From IMG/VR virus record IMGVR_UViG_3300030580_000287: a stretch of DNA of 20,000 bases; one strand, 5' to 3'. The translations under genes and the position numbers were made by a program. Positions 1 through 8,888 of the stretch are shown one piece after another. Position 1 is the first letter of the stretch. Every line of letters begins with the position of its first letter. The notes under the pieces were generated by a model. The model made no database searches, was not told where the DNA came from, and saw only the letters and a program-made list of their open reading frames with translations. Source of the DNA: an uncultured virus (IMG/VR IMGVR_UViG_3300030580_000287). Taxonomy: Duplodnaviria > Heunggongvirae > Uroviricota > Caudoviricetes.

Positions 1-147
1 TGGCCGGGCCTTCTTGGTTGCCTTTGTGCAGCAGCATCGCGCTGCAATGCCTCTCAGTCATATGGCTTCAATGCTTGAGCATGCGAAGTACGAGCCCGAC
101 TTTGATGAGTTTGCCTACATCCCACTTCACCAATCTGCAATCGGGAG

Positions 148-561
148 GGCACCGCCGCCAACGTGGCAAACATCGCTGGCATTGGCTTCTCTTCGGGCGG
201 TTACACCGGCTCTGGCGGGGTTAACGAGGCCGCCGGCACGGTGCACAAGGGGGAAGTTGTGTGGAGCCAGAAGGACATCCAGCGCTACGGCGGAGTGGCG
301 GCAGTTGAGGCGCTGCGCAAAGGCAACGTCTCGCCAATCCGCCCAGGCGCAAAGGGCACTGGCCCGGATGCAAGCCGCTCGCAGGTAGGTGCAGCACCAG
401 TCGTCAACGTGATCGAAGACGCCAGCAAGGCCGGCCAAAGCCAGTCGAGCCAAGTAGACGGCAAGTGGATCACTGACTACTTCGTCTCAAACATCCGTGA
501 AAACGGCAAAGAGGCCAAGGCCATTCAGCAGATGCTCGGCATGGGAAGGGCTGCACGATGA
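148..561 (+). pseudogene. C-terminal fragment of phage tail tape-measure protein, 5' part disconnected
   Basis: GTAANVANIAGIGFSSGGYTGSGG..AGTVHKGEVVWSQKDI..GG...VEALR is the typical lambdoid TMP C-terminal motif. The same frame has stops upstream (TGA 76-78 and a second near 103-105), and no upstream frame looks TMP-like. Confidence 0.75.
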
Positions 562-1010
562 TTGAATACCCAAGCGGTCTGCCTTATCCGTTGCGAGACG
601 GTTATGGCTTCAGCCCGGTCAGCCCCATAAAGTCAACTGCCATGCAGACCGGGCGCACGCGGTACCGAAGGAAATACTCATCGGTTCCGACAGATGCCAA
701 GGTCACCTGGAACATGAGCGATCAGGAAGCCCAGTACTTTGAAGCGTGGTTCGAAGAAGTCCTGATCTCTGGCTCGCAATGGTTCGAGGTTGAGCTTAGA
801 ACGCCTCAGGGCCTGCTGCCTTACAAGGCCCACTTCAAGGACATCTACGAAGGGCCAATACTTTTTGGCGTCGATCGCTTCATGTTCACCGCGACGCTGC
901 AGTTGTGGGAGCGACCAATTCTCACCGGCGGCTGGGCCATTTACGCGCCTGAATATCTGCTGAACATGAACTTGATTGACCTGGCGGTGAACAAGGACTG
1001 GCCATCATGA
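558..1010 (+). CDS. Phage minor/distal tail protein
   Basis: 150 aa, ATGA-coupled to TMP. LPYPLRDGYG...MQTGRTRYRRKY...FEAWF...GSQWF pattern seen in genes that follow TMP in siphophage tail operons. Confidence 0.75.
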   Translation: MIEYPSGLPYPLRDGYGFSPVSPIKSTAMQTGRTRYRRKYSSVPTDAKVTWNMSDQEAQYFEAWFEEVLISGSQWFEVELRTPQGLLPYKAHFKDIYEGPILFGVDRFMFTATLQLWERPILTGGWAIYAPEYLLNMNLIDLAVNKDWPS

Positions 1011-1489
1011 CGAGCTTTGTACTAAACCGCCTCTATTCAAGCGGCGGCACGGAGATTCTCCATGGAACGCTTGAGATCACGGACGGCGTGGCCCATCACT
1101 TTCTCACGGATGGATTTGAGGATTTAGTGGTCGGGCTTGAGACCGGCGGCATGGCGACGTTTCTCGCCTGTGGCATATCGATTGCTCTGCCAAAGCGCGG
1201 TAGCGATGGAAAGCAGGACCTGAAGTTTGCGCTGTGCAACATCGATGGCAGCGTCTCCGGATTCCTGCGCGCGGCCCTTAGGGAGCGCCGTGAGATCAAC
1301 CTGGTGTACAGGGAGTACATCAGCACCGACCTGGCCTATCCGTCGAAGATCCTGCGTTACAAGGTCAAGAGCGGCTCGGTCACCGCAACCGAAGCCCAGA
1401 TCGTGGCCGGCTACTTCAACCTGCTCGAAACCCTCTGGCTCCGCAACTACTACACCGGCGATTTCGCCCCAGGCATGCGGTACCAATAA
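1007..1489 (+). CDS. Phage tail-tip protein, DUF1833-like
   Basis: 160 aa with LYSSGG...TLEI, QDLKFALCNIDG and YREYISTDL motifs and a C-terminal FAPGMRY; lies between distal tail and NlpC/P60 genes. Confidence 0.75.
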   Translation: MTSFVLNRLYSSGGTEILHGTLEITDGVAHHFLTDGFEDLVVGLETGGMATFLACGISIALPKRGSDGKQDLKFALCNIDGSVSGFLRAALRERREINLVYREYISTDLAYPSKILRYKVKSGSVTATEAQIVAGYFNLLETLWLRNYYTGDFAPGMRYQ

Positions 1490-1869
1490 TGATCGATCAC
1501 GAAAAATACATCGAGGGCCAGTACCTCGAGGGCGGGAGAGTGTGGCCGTTTGTTGACTGCTATGGGTTGGTCCTTGAGGTTCGCCGCGACCTCGGCCTGC
1601 CCGACTGGCCAGAGTGGGCTGATATTCGCGCCGGCGACGGCTCGATGGTTGAGGTGGCTGGCAAATGGTTTCCCACTCTCACGCCATGCGAGCCGGAAGA
1701 GGGTGCGCTGATTGCGCTCTACCAGGGTAGCGAGATGCGTCACGTAGGCGTTGTGATTCGCTGCGGCGCCTCACTTGAGGCAATGGAGATCACCGAAAAG
1801 CAACGCACAATCTGCCTGCCTCTGCACAGGCTCAAGCGCCGCTTCGTGCGGGTGGAGTATTACAAGTGA
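1489..1869 (+). CDS. Phage tail assembly protein, NlpC/P60-like
   Basis: GGRVWPFVDCYGLV (Cys) and RHVGVV (His) motifs; tail-tip context. Confidence 0.8.
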   Translation: MIDHEKYIEGQYLEGGRVWPFVDCYGLVLEVRRDLGLPDWPEWADIRAGDGSMVEVAGKWFPTLTPCEPEEGALIALYQGSEMRHVGVVIRCGASLEAMEITEKQRTICLPLHRLKRRFVRVEYYK

Positions 1870-4800
1870 TTGAAATTTACCCATCCCGCATTGGTGTCAA
1901 AGAAGGCGACTGCGTGCCGCTGGAGTCGCACCAGGTTAAAGAGCCGGCCACCCTCGGGGGTTGGCTCTCAGCGAACGCCAAAGGTTTCGATATCAACGCA
2001 GTTCACCCGATCTGTATCGAAGTGGAAGGTGTTGTGGTGCCTGTGGGCCAGTGGTTAGTGACAGTCATTGATCGCGACTCGGATGTGAAGATATTTCCAG
2101 AGGCGCGTGCGGTGGGTGCTGCGGCTGCGGCCTGGGCGGCGGTGGCCTTGGCTGCCATTTCGATTGTGCTGATCCTCACCATGCCCAAGGCCAAGGCCGC
2201 CAAGCAACAACAAGGTGACGATCTTGACGCAGCCACGGCTACAGGCAACCACGCCAAGCTGAACTCGCCAATCCGCGAAGTGCTTGGCATGGCCAAGGTC
2301 TATCCCGACCTGCTGGTGCCGCCAGTAACGCGATTTGTAAACAAGCGGACGATGGTAACAACTCTGGCCATGTCCGTTGGCCGGGGGCGTAATTCGATTC
2401 CTCCCAGCACGCTTAAGGTTGGCGACACGCCCTTTGCGGCGTTTGGTTCCGACCTGAATTACAAAATTTACGAGCCGGGCGCATCACTTTTGGGTGATTC
2501 TCGCGCCAGAAACTGGTACCCAGCTACGGAGGTCGGCGGAACAAACGCTGGTACTGCGGGCCTTGACCTTTCGAGCACCGCACCCACAGAGGCAGCCGCT
2601 TTGGCTGACTCCATGCTGATCAGCGGGAATACAGTTTCCTTGCTGGGTAACAGTCCCCGATTCCCTGACGCGTGGGACACCGGCACTGTCGTTCGACTGG
2701 TCACGCCTGACACATTCACGGTAACGACCGCAGGCTCGTACAGCCGAATCGCCGGCGCCTTGTCCGACCTTGCACCGTTCGTTGGCATGAAGGTAACGCT
2801 GGGTAGCGATTCAGAAATCGATTTGACGGTGGCAAGCGTGACTCCTTATGTCGCGCCAGTCCCAGGGGTTGGCGGATCACCGTCTATGGTTACAGGCAGC
2901 GCATCCCCGTCCGGCTACGACTTCACGTCGGGCGCGGTGGTATGGTCTGTGATCTTTCAGGGAGTCACCAAAACCATATCCCTGAACACCAACTATGTGA
3001 ACATGAGCGGGCTTGTTTCGACGATCACTTCCCAGTTGTCTGGCACCGGTCTTGTGGCGCAAGACAGTTCCGGCCGGCTTCGCCTGATTGAGCCGCTCAG
3101 CCCTTATAAAGGTGGCCCGATCTCGCAAACCAGCGCGCCGGTGGCGATCTTCGGCTCTGGGCCGACCTATACCGTCGGCACTGCCTCCGCAGGCGGTACC
3201 CCTGAGCAGCTTGCGAGCGTCACGCTGAACTTTGATAACGGCACTCCCTTCTCTGGTGTCGCTGCCGGCCAGCAACGGCTTTCCCTTGCCTACCGAGGCT
3301 ACAGGTTTCAAATCGTGTCGGTTTCAGGTCTCACCGCCACGGTTAAACGAATCACTGATGCGGGGGTGGTCGATAATGCCTGGGCTGGATTCACCGCCAG
3401 AACCCTGCTCGATTTCTCGTTGTCGGGTAGCGGCGGGGCCGGTAACTGGATCGGCTCCTTCATGGGCTGCCCAGAATACGAACTGGCAACACAGGCTGAA
3501 TACGATGTCTTCCTGAGCCAGGGACTCTGCTACTACAGCAAGTCCGGCAATATAAAAATGCTCACCAAGTCCATTGAGGTGCGGTGGAGGGATTCAGCCG
3601 TAGGCGGTGCGTGGACGACGATCACCCACACATATACCGACGCAACCCCAGACCAGATCGGATTCACCCATGGAGTGGTGTTTCCTTACCCGCTGCGCCC
3701 TGAGTTTCAAATGCGACGGGTTCAGCCGGTAGAGGGCGGCCAGGTGCGTGACGCGATCCAATGGTACGGCCTGCGCACGCTATTACCTGATCCGGGCTCT
3801 TACGAGGGGATCACCGTCATCACCATGGATATCCGTGGTGGTGACCGCCTCAGCGCCCAGTCGGAACGGCAGATCAACTGCGTTCCCACACGCATCTACG
3901 ACAACGCCCCGGCGCGCTCAATCAAAGGGGCTGCGCTGCACGTTTGTCAGGGGCTTGGGATCGATGAATCGTTGATCGACATGGATGCTCTAAATGCGGT
4001 GGACCAGGACTACTGGACGCCGCGCAGCGAGCTCTACGACATGGCACACGAAAAGCCCACGGCGGTCCGGGAGGTCTTGCAGGGAATCTTCACCGCCGGC
4101 ATGTCGCACCTTTCCAGCGGCAACGGGTTGCTCAGCGTAAAGCGTGAAGGTATTCAGCCGCCGCGCGGAGTCATCACGCCGCACGAAATGACCAGCGAAC
4201 TACAGGCCAGCTTTACCGCGCCAAGCCCTGACGACTTCGACGGAGTGGATGTTGAATATATTGACCAGTATACCAATCGCAAGGAAACGAGGCCCTGCCG
4301 GCTGCCTGGGAGCCTTGGGCTCAAGGTAGACAAAATCCAGCTGGACGGGGTGTCAGACGAAACGCGCGCCTGGCGCATCGGCATGAGACAGCTGCGCAAG
4401 TATCAGTTCTCGCGCTGGGGCTACAGCGTCGATACTGAGATGGATGCTCTGGTGTTTGACGACATCGACCACATCACGCTGGCCGATGACATCCCGAATA
4501 CCACCAGTAGCGCACTGATCACCGCGGTGGAGGCGCTCGACGGTCAGTACCTGCTCACGCTTAGCGAAGAGATGGACTGGTCGATGGTTGCGCCGCGCGC
4601 CGTTATCCGCCGGCACGACGGCACGGTCACAAGCCTTTTTGAGCCGAAGGACGCTGGCTTTCACCAGGTGCTGGTGCCGCTTAATGCAATCGACTTCGAT
4701 ATCGTCACCGACCTGAGCATTGAACCCGCAAGGTTCCTGTTCGGGCCAAGCGAACAAGTCGGCTACCCGGCGATGATCACCGAGATAACCCCGAATCAGG

Positions 4801-4883
4801 ACGGGTCCTGCGCCGTCACCGCGACCGAGTATTCCCCGGTGTTTTACGCGGACGACGACAACTACCCACCCGCAGCAGCTTAG
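1866..4883 (+). CDS. Tail tip / host-specificity protein (TipJ-like central tail hub)
   Basis: 1005 aa. N-terminal ubiquitin-like segment plus hydrophobic stretch, NHAKLNSPIREVLG..KVYPD, DGVDVEYID, AWRIGMRQLR and terminal EYSPVFYADDDN motifs. Confidence 0.85.
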   Translation: MIEIYPSRIGVKEGDCVPLESHQVKEPATLGGWLSANAKGFDINAVHPICIEVEGVVVPVGQWLVTVIDRDSDVKIFPEARAVGAAAAAWAAVALAAISIVLILTMPKAKAAKQQQGDDLDAATATGNHAKLNSPIREVLGMAKVYPDLLVPPVTRFVNKRTMVTTLAMSVGRGRNSIPPSTLKVGDTPFAAFGSDLNYKIYEPGASLLGDSRARNWYPATEVGGTNAGTAGLDLSSTAPTEAAALADSMLISGNTVSLLGNSPRFPDAWDTGTVVRLVTPDTFTVTTAGSYSRIAGALSDLAPFVGMKVTLGSDSEIDLTVASVTPYVAPVPGVGGSPSMVTGSASPSGYDFTSGAVVWSVIFQGVTKTISLNTNYVNMSGLVSTITSQLSGTGLVAQDSSGRLRLIEPLSPYKGGPISQTSAPVAIFGSGPTYTVGTASAGGTPEQLASVTLNFDNGTPFSGVAAGQQRLSLAYRGYRFQIVSVSGLTATVKRITDAGVVDNAWAGFTARTLLDFSLSGSGGAGNWIGSFMGCPEYELATQAEYDVFLSQGLCYYSKSGNIKMLTKSIEVRWRDSAVGGAWTTITHTYTDATPDQIGFTHGVVFPYPLRPEFQMRRVQPVEGGQVRDAIQWYGLRTLLPDPGSYEGITVITMDIRGGDRLSAQSERQINCVPTRIYDNAPARSIKGAALHVCQGLGIDESLIDMDALNAVDQDYWTPRSELYDMAHEKPTAVREVLQGIFTAGMSHLSSGNGLLSVKREGIQPPRGVITPHEMTSELQASFTAPSPDDFDGVDVEYIDQYTNRKETRPCRLPGSLGLKVDKIQLDGVSDETRAWRIGMRQLRKYQFSRWGYSVDTEMDALVFDDIDHITLADDIPNTTSSALITAVEALDGQYLLTLSEEMDWSMVAPRAVIRRHDGTVTSLFEPKDAGFHQVLVPLNAIDFDIVTDLSIEPARFLFGPSEQVGYPAMITEITPNQDGSCAVTATEYSPVFYADDDNYPPAAA

Positions 4884-4900
4884 ATATCAAACCTTTCAAG

Positions 4901-4926
4901 GCCCGCCACTGAGCGGGCTTTTTTTT
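4901..4926 (+). terminator. Rho-independent terminator after the tail-tip gene
   Basis: GCCCGC-cactga-GCGGGC followed by T8. Confidence 0.8.
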
Positions 4927-4941
4927 GCCTCGGGGAAAACC

Positions 4942-6930
4942 ATGGCCTTTAATACCAGAAACCCTGTAGAACCCAACGGCTCGACAGATCCACGCGACCT
5001 GAAAGACAACGCGGCGATCATCGACAAGCTGGTAAATAGCTCGGACCTAACATGGCTCGGCCGGCTTGGGAAGACGCTTAAAACCTGGGCAGGTATGACA
5101 GCGGAGCATAACGCCGCCCAAGTGCAGAGAAGTGCCGAGTTTCAGCAGTTTCTGCAAAGCAGCGGGTATGAGGTGCCTGTGCCTTACGCCCCAGGAATCA
5201 GCATTACTCGCACAACTCAAACCGTGGTTTATAACGGTGAGCTGTACCGACCAAAAGAGGCCTCGCTGCCGTTCGTTACCACTACCTTCCCTGCGGATTC
5301 AGAAAAATGGATTGCTAACGGTGATAATTCGCTGCGTCAAATGCTTGCATCCCACTCAGGCTCGGCCTCCGTTGGTTTTCAACAGAGAGGGGCGAACGCT
5401 TCTTTCCGAGACCAGCAGAGCAAGGATCGCGAGACCCTTTCATTGCCGGACTATGGTGGTGCGCCAAATACAGACAACACTACTGCGGTAGCAGCAGCGC
5501 TTGTCGAGTGCCGAGCCTCAAAAGATAGAAGGGTGCTTGTTCCGGCTGGGCAAAATAATACAGGCATTGTATCCAACCCAACCGGTGTTACGTTCCAAGG
5601 CGGCGATCTTGTAGAAACACCAAACCCTGCAGATTCATCTACCTTTGATATCTTGAGTAGTTACGCGGACAGGCTCAGCTACCAGTTAGGTAATGAATAT
5701 CTTTATGCGCTGCACAACGAGATATCTAGTCACAATTCCGTCAAGATAATGATGGTCGGTGACAGCACTGTGGTAGGGGTCAATAGTGTTGCCCCATATA
5801 CACCAGCCGGAGTACTAAGTGATCAAGGCTTAGATCGGGGCTTGGTTGGTATCCTAATCAATAATTTGGCTGTTAGCGGATCAGCATCGCCGCAATGGGA
5901 TACGTCTCAGATTATCGCAGACACCTCGACCCACTGCCTTATCGTAGGTTACGGTACTAATGACCCAGCTGCTGGTGATGAAGAAGCGTTTTTCAACAAC
6001 ATGTCAGCCAAGCTTGCAGCTGTTCGCGCTGCGCGAAATGTTCAAAGCCTAACAATTATTCTGAAGGGGGCGAACAGCACGAACGACTGGGTGAATGGTA
6101 GGTCGCAGCTATGGTGCGAGCGTATCGCCTCGGTTTATAGAAAGCTTGCGCGTATGTACCAATGCTACTTTTTTGATACGTACGCATTCTTGCGGGACTC
6201 CAAGAATGCTGCCCATCTGTGGATGGATACGCTTCCGTATGGTTCGCCGCCCGTAGACACCCATATCCATCCAAATAATTTTGGCAACATGTGGATATGG
6301 GGCGAGCTTGCGAGAAATATTTTCCCGGATAACCTCAGCCAAAGAATGGCTAACAACTATCGAAATATTGCTGCATCTCACACGATGCTCACTGCGTTGG
6401 CGCCGCCGGAAAATATGCCATATGGTCGGGCAATCTATAGGACTGCTTCAACCGACTGGCCATCAGATGGCATGGTTGTTTCTGAAAAACACGCGGACGG
6501 TATCGTCACTCAAGAGGTCACACCGTTTAACCGATCGATCACTAAGGTACACCGTCGAAATTCGCTTACGTCTGCGCCTGGCGCATGGACCTTGTTCACG
6601 GGGGCAGGCTACAACCTCACACTACAAAATGGATGGTCGAACTTCGACGCCCCCAACTGGATGGTCGCTCAGCTCATTATTGAGGAGTCCGGCTTCATTA
6701 GCGCGAGAGGATTGCTGCGGCCGGGTACGCTAGTTGCGAACACAGTGCTATTTAGTGTGTTCTCCGCAGTACCAAATGGCGCTCCGATACTTGGTGAGGT
6801 CTTCCAGCTATCCTGCAATACCGGTTCGATTCGGGTGGTTGTGGGGATCGGTGGCAATGTATCGATTAAGGAGGTATCTGGCACACCGACAGAAGTTTCG
6901 CTATCTGGTATGCGCTGGATGCCGACTTAA
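4942..6930 (+). CDS. Tailspike / receptor-binding protein with SGNH/GDSL esterase domain
   Basis: N-terminal virion-anchor motif MAFNTRNPVEPNGSTDPRDLKDNA. SGNH blocks VGDST, NLAVSGS, GYGTND and DTHIHPN. C-terminal beta-rich domain starting LTLQNGW. RBS GGGG upstream. Confidence 0.85.
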   Translation: MAFNTRNPVEPNGSTDPRDLKDNAAIIDKLVNSSDLTWLGRLGKTLKTWAGMTAEHNAAQVQRSAEFQQFLQSSGYEVPVPYAPGISITRTTQTVVYNGELYRPKEASLPFVTTTFPADSEKWIANGDNSLRQMLASHSGSASVGFQQRGANASFRDQQSKDRETLSLPDYGGAPNTDNTTAVAAALVECRASKDRRVLVPAGQNNTGIVSNPTGVTFQGGDLVETPNPADSSTFDILSSYADRLSYQLGNEYLYALHNEISSHNSVKIMMVGDSTVVGVNSVAPYTPAGVLSDQGLDRGLVGILINNLAVSGSASPQWDTSQIIADTSTHCLIVGYGTNDPAAGDEEAFFNNMSAKLAAVRAARNVQSLTIILKGANSTNDWVNGRSQLWCERIASVYRKLARMYQCYFFDTYAFLRDSKNAAHLWMDTLPYGSPPVDTHIHPNNFGNMWIWGELARNIFPDNLSQRMANNYRNIAASHTMLTALAPPENMPYGRAIYRTASTDWPSDGMVVSEKHADGIVTQEVTPFNRSITKVHRRNSLTSAPGAWTLFTGAGYNLTLQNGWSNFDAPNWMVAQLIIEESGFISARGLLRPGTLVANTVLFSVFSAVPNGAPILGEVFQLSCNTGSIRVVVGIGGNVSIKEVSGTPTEVSLSGMRWMPT

Positions 6931-7180
6931 TCAAGCGGAGCTGACGCTGGGCGTGAGCGGCTTGGCTGTTTACGGGCTCCAGCACCATTTCATCTACAAG
7001 CCAAAAAAGAAGCGCCGGGAAGTGACGCCCGATGACAAAATGTTCGCCGTCATCACAGATACGGGCAAGAAGCACCGCGACGGAAATCCGGCGCTCAGCA
7101 GTATATTCGATGGCTATAGCTACTCTGGCGCCTGTATTGTAGATTACCTTTCTGAAAAAATTAAACAGGGAGGAGCACTA

Positions 7181-8224
7181 ATGGAATTACAAGAATTCTT
7201 AGGGTCTATCCAAGATCTAGAAAGAAGGGGAGCAATAGAGAATGCCTTAGCCGCTGCGTTGTCATGTATACAACACCATAGAAGTGTTTTTGGAATTCAA
7301 GAGGAGATGCCTTGGTTACAGGTTTATGAGGAAGATACGGTTCAGGCAGTTGCCTCTGAGGGGATGAATTGTATTAGGTTTAGTACTGGTCTAATCGATC
7401 ACTATATGGCTGCTAAGTATCCAGATATATCAAAGGTTTTGCCAGGAGCACCTAACATATTTGGATTGAATCTAGTACTTGACTTGGGCTTGGCATGGGC
7501 TTTGTCTCATGAGTATGTCCATCTTTATAGAAAGCATGACAGCGTATGCGCAAGTGTCTTGTCGGCAGCTTTAATTGATCACTCTCTAACCCCGCAGCGA
7601 AAACGTTCTGCTTTGAGCTTGTCTAAAGAAGATATAGATAAAGCTACGGAGTTTGACGCTGATCTGTGTGCAGTGGCCGGAATATATCGCTACATGCAAA
7701 AGATTTTTGCTGGGCTTGTTGACGATATGCTAATAAGAAAGATGGTTATATTTTATGTCTACTGGGGGGTTAGGGGGTTTCCTGATATACAGCATAGTGG
7801 AACGCATCCTGAAATTTCTGATAGGTTGTATGATATATGTAGCAAGGTTGGAGGGTTGTCTGCCGAGTTGTCAGTTTCTAAATACGCAGTTCCTGAGGGC
7901 TATAAGAGTAAGGTCGAGCGCGTAGTGATCTTGACTAGTTTTGTGATGGAGATGGAGAAGATTTATATTGGGTCATCTGGCGTTAAAGAGGTTGACGCTA
8001 TTTGGCATAAATGGTTGGAGCGTATAAGAACTAACGCGCATACACGTAGCGCAGCCAACTGGAGCAAGCTAAGTCCTTGGGTGGGTGAGATCTCGGGGAC
8101 CTTGGCAGATAACAGAAAAGATGAGTTCTATTTTGCTCGTCAAAAGCAGAAAAAAGACGCTAAGTTTTCTAAAGAAAAAAAGAAGAGTCAGCGTAAGGCA
8201 AGGAGAGGCAGCAGAGTTAAGTAG
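7181..8224 (+). CDS. HExxH zinc metallopeptidase-like moron (Lit / peptidase U49-like), 347 aa; candidate anti-phage protein
   Basis: Strong RBS GGAGGAG before ATG 7181 (the track's 6734 start is an overextension). Motifs IRFSTGL, ALSHEYVHLYRKH, EFDADLCA and THPEISDR; AT-richer than flanking phage genes. Confidence 0.7.
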   Translation: MELQEFLGSIQDLERRGAIENALAAALSCIQHHRSVFGIQEEMPWLQVYEEDTVQAVASEGMNCIRFSTGLIDHYMAAKYPDISKVLPGAPNIFGLNLVLDLGLAWALSHEYVHLYRKHDSVCASVLSAALIDHSLTPQRKRSALSLSKEDIDKATEFDADLCAVAGIYRYMQKIFAGLVDDMLIRKMVIFYVYWGVRGFPDIQHSGTHPEISDRLYDICSKVGGLSAELSVSKYAVPEGYKSKVERVVILTSFVMEMEKIYIGSSGVKEVDAIWHKWLERIRTNAHTRSAANWSKLSPWVGEISGTLADNRKDEFYFARQKQKKDAKFSKEKKKSQRKARRGSRVK

Positions 8225-8316
8225 ATTTATTGTTGGTTGGATATTTTATTTTCTAGATGTCTAAATAATTAAATCTATTGGTTGCTGCTGTTAAATATAC
8301 ATGCAAAAGAAAATTT

Positions 8317-8339
8317 CCCGCCAGAAGCGGGCTTTTTTT
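8317..8339 (+). terminator. Rho-independent terminator before the endolysin
   Basis: CCCGC-cagaa-GCGGG-C-T7. Confidence 0.7.
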
Positions 8340-8354
8340 CGCCAGGAGAAAAGC

Positions 8355-8888
8355 ATGCCGATCACCGAGCAGCAGCTGCTGCAGATCCTCCCGAACGCCG
8401 GCCGCCAAGCCGGCGTTTTTGTTCCTGTGCTGAATACGGCCATGGGGCGGTACGGCATTGTCGGCACGCTGCGGGCAGCCGCATTCATTGCCCAGGTCGG
8501 GCATGAGTCTGGCCAGCTGCGTTACGTGCGCGAGATCTGGGGGCCAACGACGCAGCAACTCGGCTATGAAGGCCGTGCTGACCTAGGCAACACCGTTAAA
8601 GGTGATGGCTCCAAGTTTCGTGGCCGTGGCCTGATCCAGATTACCGGGTGGGCTAACTACGCGGCGTGCGGCGAAGCCTTGGGCCTGGACCTGATCAATC
8701 AACCTGAGCTGCTCGAGCTTCCACAGCATGCAGCTATGTCTGCCGCGTGGTTCTGGTCGACGCGGGGGTTGAACACCCTGGCAGACCAGAAAGACTTCGC
8801 CAAAATTACCCGGCGCATCAATGGCGGGCTCACCGGCCAAGCCGAACGTCAGGCGCTGTACGACAGGGCGCTGAAGGTGCTGGCATGA
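8355..8888 (+). CDS. Endolysin, glycoside hydrolase family 19
   Basis: RBS AGGAG then MPITEQQLLQILP; AAFIAQVGHESG, FRGRGLIQITG, SAAWFW and ITRRINGG motifs. Confidence 0.92.
   Translation: MPITEQQLLQILPNAGRQAGVFVPVLNTAMGRYGIVGTLRAAAFIAQVGHESGQLRYVREIWGPTTQQLGYEGRADLGNTVKGDGSKFRGRGLIQITGWANYAACGEALGLDLINQPELLELPQHAAMSAAWFWSTRGLNTLADQKDFAKITRRINGGLTGQAERQALYDRALKVLA

Noticed and set aside
14..388. 124-aa ORF as a real gene or as frameshifted TMP
   Set aside because: Its 3' part is an off-frame read of TMP and its 5' part is not TMP-like; no RBS can be evaluated
6734..7180. N-terminal extension making the peptidase ORF 496 aa
   Set aside because: Overlaps the tailspike 3' end and has no RBS; a strong GGAGGAG precedes ATG 7181 and composition shifts there
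8288..8303. Possible LexA box CTGTTAAATATACATG
   Set aside because: Does not fit CTGT-N8-ACAG
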